Shown here piece by piece: positions 29,324 through 39,547 of a stretch of 48,442 nt of DNA (positions are counted from its first letter, which is position 1; each line of letters opens with the position of its first letter). The stretch covers positions 1 through 48,442 of the forward strand of contig CASFMW010000004.1 of NCBI GenBank assembly GCA_949295935.1. Direction: 5' to 3'. The notes under the pieces were generated by a model. That model was not told where the DNA came from. It did no database searches and saw nothing but the letters and a program-made list of their open reading frames with translations. The DNA is from an uncultured Pseudomonadota bacterium (GTDB lineage: Bacteria > Pseudomonadota > Alphaproteobacteria > RF32 > CAG-239). A program made the position numbers and the translations under genes.

Positions 29324-30613
29324 TTATGCGCTGCGTTCTTTGGTTGTTTTTTCTTCCGAATTTTCTTCTCTTTTGCCGCGAACGAGCTTAGGTTCGGCGC
29401 CGTCATTGATGACTTTCTCATCAACGATAATCTCGACAACATCTTTCATATCAGGAATTTCATACATCAATTCCAAGAGATTGTCTTCCATAATGGCTCT
29501 TAAGCCACGTGCTCCGGTTTTGCGCTCAATTGCCTTTTTAGCAATAGCGGTTAAAGCGTCATCAGTAATGGTTAACTTGACATTTTCCATTTCAAACATT
29601 GCTTTATACTGCTTAACCAAAGCGTTTTTCGGCTCGGTCAGAACACGGACAAGAGCTTTTTCATCTAAATCGCCCAAAGTTGCAATAATCGGCAAACGCC
29701 CAACAAATTCCGGTATTAAGCCATATTTGAGCAAATCTTCCGGCTGGACATCTTTCAAAATATCACCAACACCTCTGTCTTCCGGAGCTTCTACTTTTGC
29801 GCCGAATCCGATTGAGGTTTCACTTCCGCGATTTGCGACAATCTTTTCCAATCCGGCAAAAGCACCGCCGCAAATAAACAGAATATTAGTGGTATCAACA
29901 TGCAAGAATTCTTGCTGAGGATGTTTTCTTCCCCCTTGTGGCGGAACATTGGCAACCGTACCTTCAATGATTTTTAGCAAGGCCTGTTGAACACCCTCAC
30001 CTGATACATCTCGCGTGATTGACGGGCCATCAGTTTTGCGGGTAATTTTATCAATTTCATCAATATAGACGATACCTCTTTGAGCTTTTTCAATATCATA
30101 ATTAGCGTTTTGTACTAATTTCAAAATGATATTTTCAACATCTTCACCAACATATCCGGCTTCGGTTAATGTTGTGGCGTCAGAAATAGCAAACGGCACA
30201 TCCAATATTTTTGCCAGAGTTTGAGCCAACAAGGTTTTTCCGCTTCCGGTTGAACCAATCAAAATAACGTTTGACTTTTGGATATCAATATCTTTATTGA
30301 CCTTCTTGCTGTTTAATCTCTTATAGTGATTATAAACAGCAACAGAAAGAACTTTTTTGGCATATTCCTGCCCAATTACATATTGATCTAAAAACTCTTT
30401 TATTTTTGATGGGGTTGGCAACTTGTCTAAAGATGTTCCGGTTGCGCCTTCTTCCATCTCGCTGAGTTCGTCGGCAACAATATTAATGCAAACTTCAATA
30501 CACTCATCGCAGATATAGACACCGCGGCCGGCAACGAGCTTTTTGACTTCGTCCTGACTTTTTCCACAAAACGAGCAATGCAGGGTTTCGTTGCTATCTT
30601 TTTTATCACTCAT
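29324..30613 (-). CDS. clpX: ATP-dependent Clp protease ATPase subunit ClpX
   Basis: C4 zinc finger CSFCGK...ICDEC, Walker [22 protein letters not shown] loop, GARGLR. Confidence 0.98.
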   Translation of the reverse strand: MSDKKDSNETLHCSFCGKSQDEVKKLVAGRGVYICDECIEVCINIVADELSEMEEGATGTSLDKLPTPSKIKEFLDQYVIGQEYAKKVLSVAVYNHYKRLNSKKVNKDIDIQKSNVILIGSTGSGKTLLAQTLAKILDVPFAISDATTLTEAGYVGEDVENIILKLVQNANYDIEKAQRGIVYIDEIDKITRKTDGPSITRDVSGEGVQQALLKIIEGTVANVPPQGGRKHPQQEFLHVDTTNILFICGGAFAGLEKIVANRGSETSIGFGAKVEAPEDRGVGDILKDVQPEDLLKYGLIPEFVGRLPIIATLGDLDEKALVRVLTEPKNALVKQYKAMFEMENVKLTITDDALTAIAKKAIERKTGARGLRAIMEDNLLELMYEIPDMKDVVEIIVDEKVINDGAEPKLVRGKREENSEEKTTKERSA

Positions 30614-30623
30614 TTTTTATTCC

Positions 30624-31256
30624 TTATTTTTGAATTATTTCTTCACGACTGGTTACAATCTGGTCAATAAGCCCAAACTTTAAGGCTTCTTCCGGAGACA
30701 TAAAATTATCTCTATCCATGGCTTTTTCAATAACGCTCAATTTTTGACCTGTATGTTTTACGTATAAATTATTCAAGGATTTTTTCATTTTCAAAATCTC
30801 ATTTGCCTGAATTTCAATATCAGAGGCTTTACCCTGAGCGCCACCGCTGGGCTGATGAATCATAATACGTGAATTTGGCAAGGCGTTACGTTTGCCTTTT
30901 TCTCCGGCAGTTAACAGCAAAGATCCCATTGAGCAAGCTTGACCGATGCACAATGTGTTTACATCACAACGGATATATTGCATTGTGTCATACATTGCTA
31001 ATCCGGCAGTAACAACGCCACCGGGGGAGTTAATATACATATAAATATCTTTTTTAGGATTTTCTGATTCCAAGAACAAAAGTTGTGCGCAGACCAAAGA
31101 AGACACTTCATCATTAACCTCTCCGGTCAAAAAAATGATTCTTTCTTTTAATAGGCGTGAATAAATGTCAAAAGAACGTTCTCCGCGTGAGGTTTGTTCA
31201 ATAACCATCGGCACTAACGTATTGTTATATACTTCCAGAGCGCTTCTGTATCCCAT
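30624..31256 (-). CDS. clpP: Clp protease proteolytic subunit ClpP
   Basis: [21 protein letters not shown], catalytic ACSMG, MIHQP, DRDNFM. Confidence 0.98.
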   Translation of the reverse strand: MGYRSALEVYNNTLVPMVIEQTSRGERSFDIYSRLLKERIIFLTGEVNDEVSSLVCAQLLFLESENPKKDIYMYINSPGGVVTAGLAMYDTMQYIRCDVNTLCIGQACSMGSLLLTAGEKGKRNALPNSRIMIHQPSGGAQGKASDIEIQANEILKMKKSLNNLYVKHTGQKLSVIEKAMDRDNFMSPEEALKFGLIDQIVTSREEIIQK

Positions 31257-31337
31257 GTTTTTTGTCCTTAATAAATTTAAATTTCGGTTTATTTTAACAG
31301 CAGTTATTCAATAAAGAGTTAACAATCTATCAAATTA

Positions 31338-31808
31338 TTAAAAATTTGCAAGTCTTTGCGCGATTAAATTTAGAGTTTCAGCAACCGGCTTGGTGAAGTC
31401 TAAAGTAAGGCCGTTTTGCAGAGTGCAGCTTTTGCTGTTTTCATCAAAATGGCAGTATGGGGTTGAAAATCCGTTTCCGTAAATTCCGCTATCATCAATT
31501 TGGACATCTATCTTATTGTCTTTACAATATTTTCCCTTAATGGTATTCCACAAATCTTCATCTACAAAAAACTTTTCGCCCTCTTTTTTTACTTTGCCCA
31601 ATTTATCGTAATAATCATATATGGCAAAAATCTCGCTATATGGAATCTGCCATTTTTCTAATAAAATTTTCACTTTTTCATAAGGGCCTCCGGTTATGAT
31701 AAAGATCTCCCACCCAATGGATATCGCTGCTGAGCAAAACTCCTTAAAATAACTTGGATTTGTATCAATTACGCCATGAAAATCCAGCCCAATTCTAATT
31801 TTTGACAT
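31338..31808 (-). CDS. HAD-like hypothetical protein
   Basis: IGLDFHGVID (motif I variant), IITG, K...IDVQIDDS; start probably MSKIRIG. Confidence 0.6.
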   Translation of the reverse strand: MSKIRIGLDFHGVIDTNPSYFKEFCSAAISIGWEIFIITGGPYEKVKILLEKWQIPYSEIFAIYDYYDKLGKVKKEGEKFFVDEDLWNTIKGKYCKDNKIDVQIDDSGIYGNGFSTPYCHFDENSKSCTLQNGLTLDFTKPVAETLNLIAQRLANF

Positions 31809-34800
31809 TGTCTTGGCTTCCAAATAGTGAAGAGAACAGGTCTTTTAAAGACCCAGGGCTTAACGCAGACAGCGGGTTTATGCTGACTTTTACATCGTCG
31901 ATTTTGCCTTTAATTGAGTAATTGGCCGCAAATACGGTACCGTCTTTGCCGGCTAACAAATTGCCGACCAGAGGAATGCTTCCTAAAAAGCTGTTAATGC
32001 TATATGCCGGTGCAATAACGCCTTTTCCGCTGACTTCTTCTTTGCCCCAATTATACTCACCGGTCATTGTAATCCCCAAAACATTGCCAAAAGCGCGGGC
32101 GTCTGTGACACTCAATATTTTGTTTTTATATTCAAAGGGAGCGTCCAAATGAGAAAAAGCTATTCCCTCACCTGATAACATTCCGACAATACCGGTCAAA
32201 GAGGCCATACTTAAAACTTTTGCCAGTACCGGCGTGTTATGCAAGTTAAAATCTCTGATTGAGGCATGTCCGATAAACTTTTTATCAGCGCCTTTCTTGG
32301 CCTCAATCTTAAGGTTTCCGCCGCTTATATCATCATATATTCTTAACACCTTAAAAGTACTGCCGGCATTATTACTTGTGATTGAGAGGTAATATTCATT
32401 ATTGGGTTTTGGCACATAGTCGGCTTTTAGTTTGACTTCCTTACTGTTTCCATAATTTCCTATCATGTGAAGCTCGTGCAACCCTATGTTTTTCCTGACT
32501 TTTGCAGTGCCGGCAAAGCTGCTGATTGAGACAAACTTATTGGTCCACAAGCGATTAACCGCAATATTTATATCTGTATCCGTAATATTCTCAAGCTCCA
32601 GTTCTTCTTGTTCTGCTTGTTTTTTTTCGTCTTGAACGGCTTTTTTCTTGCTGTCGGCTTCGCGGCGCTCAAAAAACTCGGCCAAATCATAGCTGTTTCC
32701 GGATACATTGACTTTTATCAGCGGTTTTTTATTTTCTTCTGCCCATTCTATTTTGGCACGTGCGTTTGTTTTTGGGCCTTTTATGGTATCAATGTCAATT
32801 ATTTTTACACTTCCGGATTTATCCAGTTCAATTTTTCCGCTCAAATTAAAGTCCGGCTTTGACAACGAAAATGACGGTATTCCGCTGAGTTTATTGCCAT
32901 TAATCTCAATTTCGGCCATAATATTTCCGTCTGAGCCAGATAATTTTCTAAAGCCCAAAAACGAGTAATCAATAGCGGCATTTTTTATATCGGCATTCAT
33001 ATCTATTTTTGTTTTTTTATCATCTGATATGCTGATTTGGGCAGCAACATCGGCATAACCTTCAATATAAGGCGGATTTATATATTCAATTTTATCCAGA
33101 CCTAATTTTTTCTTGACTTTATCATCTAGCTTAAAGCTGATGTCGTATTTTGTTTTTTCAGCCTTTTGTTTGAAGTTTTCATTCCACTCAAAGGTTAACG
33201 GAATGCCATCTATTTCTGCGGCTCCGCTTAGCAAAAGCTCGTTATTATTTACGCTTAATTCCAGCGCCTGAGATGTTAAATTTTTTCCGTCAATAACATC
33301 TTTCATTGTGACGTTAGTCAAGGTTGATTTAACATCTGCTTTTACCTCGTCTGCTTCTATATCTTCTTTTAGCTCCAAATCAAGCTTGACTGTGGTTGAG
33401 GCATCGCCGCTTAATCTATCTGCCGGAATTTTCATGTCTTTTACAAAATTTAGCGGCGGATTATCAATTAACCTCAAGGCATCAGTCACGGAAGATTCTG
33501 TTTTTAGCTCAATATCGGCATAGTTATTATATTTATCTAAATCATAAAGTCGGACATAACCGCCAGTTAAAATCACACCGTCTGATTTTCCCTTATCAAT
33601 ATTTACCGTGATGCTGTTTGAATCAAACAAAGCCTCACCATAGACATTTGTTATAACCGGCATGGTGTTTATGTATCTGACAGTTAAATCTTCGGCATAG
33701 ACTTTTCCTTTCAACTCTTGGAAAACAACGGCTTTTTTCTTTTTATCATATCCAAAATCAAAGCGAAACTCGCCGTCTTTGGCGGTGCCTACAAACAGGC
33801 TGTCTTCGCACCATTTCCATGCGCTTTCGCCAATATATCTCGGCCAATATTTTGGTAAGTCATCAAACTTTAGGTTTTTGATATTAGCGGTAATTACGGC
33901 TTTGATGTCTTTTAGAGAATCTTCTAAAATATAATTTTTTAATCCGCTGACCTCAAACCCAAGAGTCATTTTTTGCCCTCCAAGGTCAAATTCTGCTCCT
34001 GATACCTTGAGCTGTTTTAGCCCGCCTTCTATGGTTCCATCCAACGTGAAAGACGAAATATCATACTTGAAGGCCTCGTCTGAGGTGAACATGATGTTTC
34101 CCTGCCCGCCTTCTAACTGCAGCTTTATTTTTTTTACCGCGTTATCCAAATCATCTAATATTTTTTTGCGCTCATTAATAATTCCTTTTAGCGCAATATT
34201 TGTTTCAAGAGAACCGCTTAGCGGTAAATTTATTTGATAAAGTTCTTTTCTTTGTTTTTCTTCAACAAAGCTATTCACAATATCTGACGGAATAACATCG
34301 GAGAAATAGCTCTTTAAATTTAAGTCCTTTTTGTTGTTATCAAAAGCAACTTCTATCCCAACGGAAGATGTGTTGTTGTTTATTGTAAACAAAGCATTGG
34401 CTTCGGTATAAATTTGTTCACCTTCACGTTCAAAATGATAGTTTACATCGTTAAGGGTCCACTTGCGGCCTAAGTCAACTTCATGAAACTCGAAGCTTGC
34501 ATTTTTTATGGAGATTTCATTTATATAATTTTCTACAAAATATTTATCGCCGGAGTTATATCTTTCTAAAAAATCTTCCAACATATTGGAATAATATTCG
34601 ATTTTCTTTTTATTAGCTTCATTGGTTTTTCCTGCCTCTATTCCATAACTGGTAAAGGCATAAATATTCGGAGAATCGACTTCTATAGCACTCGGCGCAA
34701 TAATACCGCGCAGCAAAGCTCTTAAACTAAAGGATACGGAAGTGCGCGGCGCATTAATAACAAAGCTGTCATCGGCCTTTTTATAGACAATGTTATTGGC

Positions 34801-35034
34801 AATAATTTTTATCGGCTGAATGGAGCGGACCAGCTCTATGTTAACAGAATCCAATGACACCTGATAATCTTCACTGCCGTTTAAGGCCTGTATGATGTAA
34901 GGTTTCAAAAACGGTACGGCTATCGGTCCTTTATACAAATGCCAGACAAAGAATAAAAATAAGCTGAGAAAGATTACACCGAAGTAATCTAACAGCTTAT
35001 ATTTTTTATATTTTTTTACCGTTTCTTTTGCCAT
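31795..35034 (-). CDS. AsmA-like / YhdP (DUF3971 + AsmA_2) envelope lipid-bridge protein
   Basis: N-terminal TM + GPI, YWP...AWKW, C-terminal PVLAKVLSMASLTG...GEGIAF...PAYSINSFLGSIPLVG...NPLSALSPG. Confidence 0.85.
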   Translation of the reverse strand: MAKETVKKYKKYKLLDYFGVIFLSLFLFFVWHLYKGPIAVPFLKPYIIQALNGSEDYQVSLDSVNIELVRSIQPIKIIANNIVYKKADDSFVINAPRTSVSFSLRALLRGIIAPSAIEVDSPNIYAFTSYGIEAGKTNEANKKKIEYYSNMLEDFLERYNSGDKYFVENYINEISIKNASFEFHEVDLGRKWTLNDVNYHFEREGEQIYTEANALFTINNNTSSVGIEVAFDNNKKDLNLKSYFSDVIPSDIVNSFVEEKQRKELYQINLPLSGSLETNIALKGIINERKKILDDLDNAVKKIKLQLEGGQGNIMFTSDEAFKYDISSFTLDGTIEGGLKQLKVSGAEFDLGGQKMTLGFEVSGLKNYILEDSLKDIKAVITANIKNLKFDDLPKYWPRYIGESAWKWCEDSLFVGTAKDGEFRFDFGYDKKKKAVVFQELKGKVYAEDLTVRYINTMPVITNVYGEALFDSNSITVNIDKGKSDGVILTGGYVRLYDLDKYNNYADIELKTESSVTDALRLIDNPPLNFVKDMKIPADRLSGDASTTVKLDLELKEDIEADEVKADVKSTLTNVTMKDVIDGKNLTSQALELSVNNNELLLSGAAEIDGIPLTFEWNENFKQKAEKTKYDISFKLDDKVKKKLGLDKIEYINPPYIEGYADVAAQISISDDKKTKIDMNADIKNAAIDYSFLGFRKLSGSDGNIMAEIEINGNKLSGIPSFSLSKPDFNLSGKIELDKSGSVKIIDIDTIKGPKTNARAKIEWAEENKKPLIKVNVSGNSYDLAEFFERREADSKKKAVQDEKKQAEQEELELENITDTDINIAVNRLWTNKFVSISSFAGTAKVRKNIGLHELHMIGNYGNSKEVKLKADYVPKPNNEYYLSITSNNAGSTFKVLRIYDDISGGNLKIEAKKGADKKFIGHASIRDFNLHNTPVLAKVLSMASLTGIVGMLSGEGIAFSHLDAPFEYKNKILSVTDARAFGNVLGITMTGEYNWGKEEVSGKGVIAPAYSINSFLGSIPLVGNLLAGKDGTVFAANYSIKGKIDDVKVSINPLSALSPGSLKDLFSSLFGSQDNVKN

Positions 35035-35859
35035 TTATTTGTTCTTTAACCACTCAATAAGCTCGTTATAATTCTCTAGGTCATACAAATCGTTATGCCC
35101 ACCTTCTTCGTAAATAATTATATCTTTGGGTTCCGGTGCTTCGGCATATAATCTTTTGGCCAAGGTTATCGGCACAACCGTGTCTTTTTCTCCGCCCATA
35201 ATCAAAATCGGGCTTTTTATCTCTTTTATTGCGGCGACATTGTCATATTTATCTTTAATAATTGTCTCCAGTGGCAGCGGAACAAAGACAACCTCTTTTA
35301 CCACATTCAAAAGACTGTCAAAAGGAACTTCCAGTACGACTGCGGCAAATATTCCGTCTTTTTGCAGTTTTTCTGCTGTATTAACCGCCATATGTGAGCC
35401 AAGCGACATACCGTAAATGATGATTTGATTATTTTTCCAGCCTTGTTGATGCAGATATTCAACCGCAGCTATAGCGTCTTGCTCCAATCCGGCTTGGGTT
35501 ATTTTTCCTTTTACACCGCCAAAGCCTCTATATTCTCCGGCAAATATGCTGTATCCGGCATCGAGCAAAGGCACAAGCTTTTTGTAAAATTTTCCGACAT
35601 TATAAGAATTTCCATGCATAAAGGCGATAACCTTTTTGCTGCCTTTTTGCGGAACATACCAACCACTCAACTCTGTTCCGTCGGCTGAGCGAAATTTGAC
35701 TTCCTTAATGTTATATCCATATTTTTCAATCGCTATTGCGCTGTCTGAGGCTTGTTTATCCGGATTATAAAAAAAATACTGCGGATAGTAATATACCGTT
35801 GCGCAAAAAGCGATGTATAATCCAATTACAATCCCAATAAACACAACCATTTTTTTCAT
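35035..35859 (-). CDS. Alpha/beta hydrolase (ABHD13/Bem46-like)
   Basis: N-terminal TM, HGN, EYRGFG, nucleophile GMSLG, D-TVVP, GGHND. Confidence 0.9.
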   Translation of the reverse strand: MKKMVVFIGIVIGLYIAFCATVYYYPQYFFYNPDKQASDSAIAIEKYGYNIKEVKFRSADGTELSGWYVPQKGSKKVIAFMHGNSYNVGKFYKKLVPLLDAGYSIFAGEYRGFGGVKGKITQAGLEQDAIAAVEYLHQQGWKNNQIIIYGMSLGSHMAVNTAEKLQKDGIFAAVVLEVPFDSLLNVVKEVVFVPLPLETIIKDKYDNVAAIKEIKSPILIMGGEKDTVVPITLAKRLYAEAPEPKDIIIYEEGGHNDLYDLENYNELIEWLKNK

Positions 35860-35861
35860 AC

Positions 35862-36960
35862 CTAGCCTACCTTTGCTGCCAAAGCTGCGGATAAAAACAT
35901 ATCAATATCGCCATCAAGCACAGCTTTGCAATCAGATGTTTCAACCTCTGTTCGTAAGTCTTTTACCATTTTATAAGGCTGAAGTACATAAGAGCGGATT
36001 TGATATCCCCAACCGATATCGCCTTGAGCGTCTCTCATGTCTTGTTCCTTTTGCTCGCGCTTTTTTAATTCCATTTCATACAAGCGTGATTTTAGCATTT
36101 TCCATGCGCTCTCGCGGTTTTGGAACTGTGAGCGCTGGGTTTGGCATTGGACAACAATTCCGGTCGGAATATGGGTTATTCGTACCGCCGAATCGGTTTT
36201 ATTAATATGTTGTCCGCCGGCACCGGAAGCTCGATAGGTATCAACACGGCAATCTGCCTCGTTAATATTTATCTCAATATCATCATCAACAACCGGATAA
36301 ACCCCGATTGAGGCAAAGCTTGTGTGTCTTCTACCGGCGCTGTCAAACGGCGAAATACGCACCAGACGGTGAACGCCGCTTTCTGACTTGAGCCAGCCGT
36401 AAGCATTATGTCCGCTTATCTTTATGGTGGCAGACTTCAAACCGGCGACCTCGCCTTCCGTTTCTTCAATATATTCAACTTTATAGGCGTGTTGTTCGGC
36501 CCAACGTGTATACATTCTTAAGAGCATTTCGGCCCAGTCTTGTGCCTCGGTTCCGCCACTGCCGGCATGAACCTCTAAATATGTATCATTGGCGTCAACT
36601 TCTCCGCTCAAAAGGGCTTCAAGCTCTTGATGTTTGGCATTTTGTTTTAAACTTTCTAACTGCGCCATTACATCGGCTTGAAGAGCCTCATCGCCATCTT
36701 CTTCTGCCAAGACTGCCATCTCGCTCATCTCGTCAAGGCTATGGCATAGATGTTCGTAATTTTGAAGTTTTTCTTCCAAAGCTGTTTTTTCGCTCATCAG
36801 CTTTTTGGCACGTGCGGCATCTTCCCAAAGCTTTGTATCTTCGGATAAAGCGGTGAGCTCATCTAATCTTATTTTTGAGTTTTCGTAGTCAAACCGACCT
36901 CCGTAATAATTCGGTCGAGTGTTTTATTTCATCAATAAGTTCTTGTGTTTCGGCTTTCAT
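35862..36960 (-). CDS. prfB: Peptide chain release factor 2, expressed through a +1 programmed frameshift (365 aa)
   Basis: ATG 36960 MKAETQELIDEIKHSTELLRRSV-TGA; the +1 frame continues DYENSKIRLDEL...LWEDAARA into ORF 35862..36797; SPF and GGQ motifs present. Confidence 0.96.
36888..36902 (-). other. prfB frameshift cassette GGAGG-TCG-GTT-TGA-C
   Basis: Internal SD at 36902-36898, 3-nt spacer, GTT at 36894-36892, TGA at 36891-36889, C at 36888. Confidence 0.9.
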
Positions 36961-36980
36961 CTGTTTATTTTTCCTTATTA

Positions 36981-39437
36981 TTAATATTGTGTTCCAAGCT
37001 GAAAATCATCATTGCTTTGTTCATTATAAACCGCATTGCTTGATTGGTTTCCGCCTTCGGCATTATCATCACCGATAACGCGCTGGCGATTGTTGAAATC
37101 AAAATCAGGCTTCAGAGCCTCGGTTATGACCGATTTGTCTTGCGGGACGGCCGGCTTTCCGGTTTTGTAATTGATTCTGACTAGTCTTATTCCATTCGGA
37201 ATACGGAACGGAACATCAGGTTTGCCTTTTAAGGCTTGTTCCATAAAGTCATAGAATATCGGAAGAGCAGCGGTTGAGCCGGTTTCGCGGCGGCCTAATG
37301 TTCGCGGTTCATCAAACCCGACATAAGTTCCGACAACCAGATCCGGCGAAAAGCCCATGAACCAAGCGTCGTTGCTATCATTTGATGTTCCGGTTTTGCC
37401 TGCCAGATGTTTTTTTAACCAACGCAATCTGGCTGCTGTTCCTCTTGTGGCAACACCTTCAAGCATGCTCACCATTTGATAGGCCGACAGCGGGTCGATG
37501 ACTTGTTCTCTGGCATCTGTAAGCTGCGGAACATCTTGATTTTCCCACTTTTGGGCTTTGCAATCGGTGCAAACACGGGTATCATGCTTATAAATTGTTT
37601 TGCCGTTACGGTCTTGAATTTGCTCAATAAAATATGGTTCAATTTTTTTGCCGCCGTTGACCATCATGGCATAAGCCGTTGACAAGTCAATCAGTCTTGT
37701 ATCTCCTGCCCCCAAAGACATAGAAAGCAATTCAGGCAAGTGATCATTCACGCCAAGCTTTTTGGCGTATTCACAAACTTCTTTCATGCCCAAATCCTGA
37801 GCTAATCTTACGGTCATTAGATTGCGAGACTTTTCCAAGCCCTGACGCATGGTGGTTAAACCGTCAAACTTTTTGGAATAATTAACAGGTTTCCATTTCG
37901 GCAAGCCAGCACCTTGATCCAACACAAACGGCGCATCCAAAATCAAATCGGTTGGAGAATAACCGTTTTCCAATGCAGCTAAGTAAACAATCGGCTTAAA
38001 TGAAGAACCGGTTTGACGTCTTGCTTGGGTGGCACGGTTAAACTGAGACTTATCAAAATCATAACCACCGACAATGGCCAAAACCTTACCGGTATGTGGG
38101 TCTAGCGCTATTAATCCTCCCTCAACATCGGGAACTTGACGCAGTTCATAGCTATCCTCGCTTACCTTCTTGTCTTTTATGACTTTATCTGTGGCTTTTT
38201 CAACCAAGATGACATCGCCTTGCTTTAAAACCGTTTTAACCGATTTGGGTGCATCGCTTATTCCTTGATTTTTAAGATTTTTTCTAGCCCATCCAATCAA
38301 CGCTAACGGAACTTCTCCTCTTCCGCCGTCGCGAATTTTTATCTCGGCTCTGTCTGCATAAACCTCTGTTACCAAAGCGATTTGCCAATTTTCCTTAGCC
38401 CCTTTAGGTTTTTGAATTTTCTTAAAATCTTCGGCATAATCGCTGTTGATGTCAAGCTCTGCTATCGGGCCTCTGTAGCCATGGCGAATATCATAATTTT
38501 CGATTTCTTTACGAAAAGACTCTGTAGCGATTTTTTGCAGTTTTGGATCCAAAGTTGTTCGAACAATCAAGCCGCCTTCATACAAAGCGTCTTCGCCAAA
38601 CATCTCTTTAACCTCGCGGCGGACTTCTTCACTGAAATAATCAGCGTCTTGCACAAATTCTGCACCACGGTCTACGGTTTTGAGCGGTTTACCTTGCGCG
38701 ATTATCATTTCGTCTTCGGTAATATAGCCATCTTCATGCATGCGGCCCAAAACCCAATTTCGACGAGCTACGGCAGCGTCATATTTGGTCTTTGGATTAT
38801 AATTATTCGGGCCTTTGGGCAAAGCTGCAAGATAAGCTATTTCTTCCAGCTCCAAATCATTTAATGATTTTCCGAAATAATTAAGAGCAGCAGCGGCCAC
38901 ACCATAAGAGCGGTTGCCTAAATAAATTTCGTTCAAATACAACTCTAAAATATGTTGTTTGCTAAATGTTTGCTCCATTCTGGTTGCCAAAACCGCTTCT
39001 TTTAACTTTCTGGTTATTGACAACTCTGAGCTCAGCAAAAAGTTTTTTGCAACCTGTTGAGTTATGGTTGAAGCGCCTGAAGGTCTTCTGCCCGACCCCA
39101 GATTTTTTAAGTTACTGATAACAGCGCGTGCTATACCAAAAAAATCTATACCCGCATGGTTATAAAAGTTTTTATCCTCTGCCGCAATAAAAGCTTGTTT
39201 TACTTTTTCGGGAATCATACTCTCCGGCACAAATAATCTTTTTTGCGCAGCATATTCCATCAGCAGTTGTCCGTCACCTGCATACAGACGTGTGGTTACC
39301 GGTGGCTCATATTTTTCGAGCTGATGAAAATCAGGCAAATCCTGTGTTATTTTCCAAAACACGGTAATAGCGACTATCACTCCGATAACCGCAAAAAAGA
39401 ACATTGTACTGATTAATGATGACAGAGTTTTAAACAT
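36981..39437 (-). CDS. mrcA: Penicillin-binding protein 1A
   Basis: TG motifs EDKNFYNH, GASTITQQVAKN, RKLKE; TP motifs SSFK, SRN, KTG; mrcA-prfB synteny. Confidence 0.96.
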   Translation of the reverse strand: MFKTLSSLISTMFFFAVIGVIVAITVFWKITQDLPDFHQLEKYEPPVTTRLYAGDGQLLMEYAAQKRLFVPESMIPEKVKQAFIAAEDKNFYNHAGIDFFGIARAVISNLKNLGSGRRPSGASTITQQVAKNFLLSSELSITRKLKEAVLATRMEQTFSKQHILELYLNEIYLGNRSYGVAAAALNYFGKSLNDLELEEIAYLAALPKGPNNYNPKTKYDAAVARRNWVLGRMHEDGYITEDEMIIAQGKPLKTVDRGAEFVQDADYFSEEVRREVKEMFGEDALYEGGLIVRTTLDPKLQKIATESFRKEIENYDIRHGYRGPIAELDINSDYAEDFKKIQKPKGAKENWQIALVTEVYADRAEIKIRDGGRGEVPLALIGWARKNLKNQGISDAPKSVKTVLKQGDVILVEKATDKVIKDKKVSEDSYELRQVPDVEGGLIALDPHTGKVLAIVGGYDFDKSQFNRATQARRQTGSSFKPIVYLAALENGYSPTDLILDAPFVLDQGAGLPKWKPVNYSKKFDGLTTMRQGLEKSRNLMTVRLAQDLGMKEVCEYAKKLGVNDHLPELLSMSLGAGDTRLIDLSTAYAMMVNGGKKIEPYFIEQIQDRNGKTIYKHDTRVCTDCKAQKWENQDVPQLTDAREQVIDPLSAYQMVSMLEGVATRGTAARLRWLKKHLAGKTGTSNDSNDAWFMGFSPDLVVGTYVGFDEPRTLGRRETGSTAALPIFYDFMEQALKGKPDVPFRIPNGIRLVRINYKTGKPAVPQDKSVITEALKPDFDFNNRQRVIGDDNAEGGNQSSNAVYNEQSNDDFQLGTQY

Positions 39438-39547
39438 TTAGAGTTCCATAAGTTAATATATTCTATTCCTATTCGGCTCTAAGATATTACATTTCTGCAA
39501 AAATGCAAAAGAAAATTACACTTTGTCAAACATTCTCTTCTTACAAC

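Noticed and set aside
29340-29918. 192-aa antisense ORF over clpX and similar shadow ORFs (e.g. 38382..38864, 17802..18227, 18907..19308)
   Set aside because: They lie opposite well-conserved genes, have no motifs or RBS, and are expected from codon bias.
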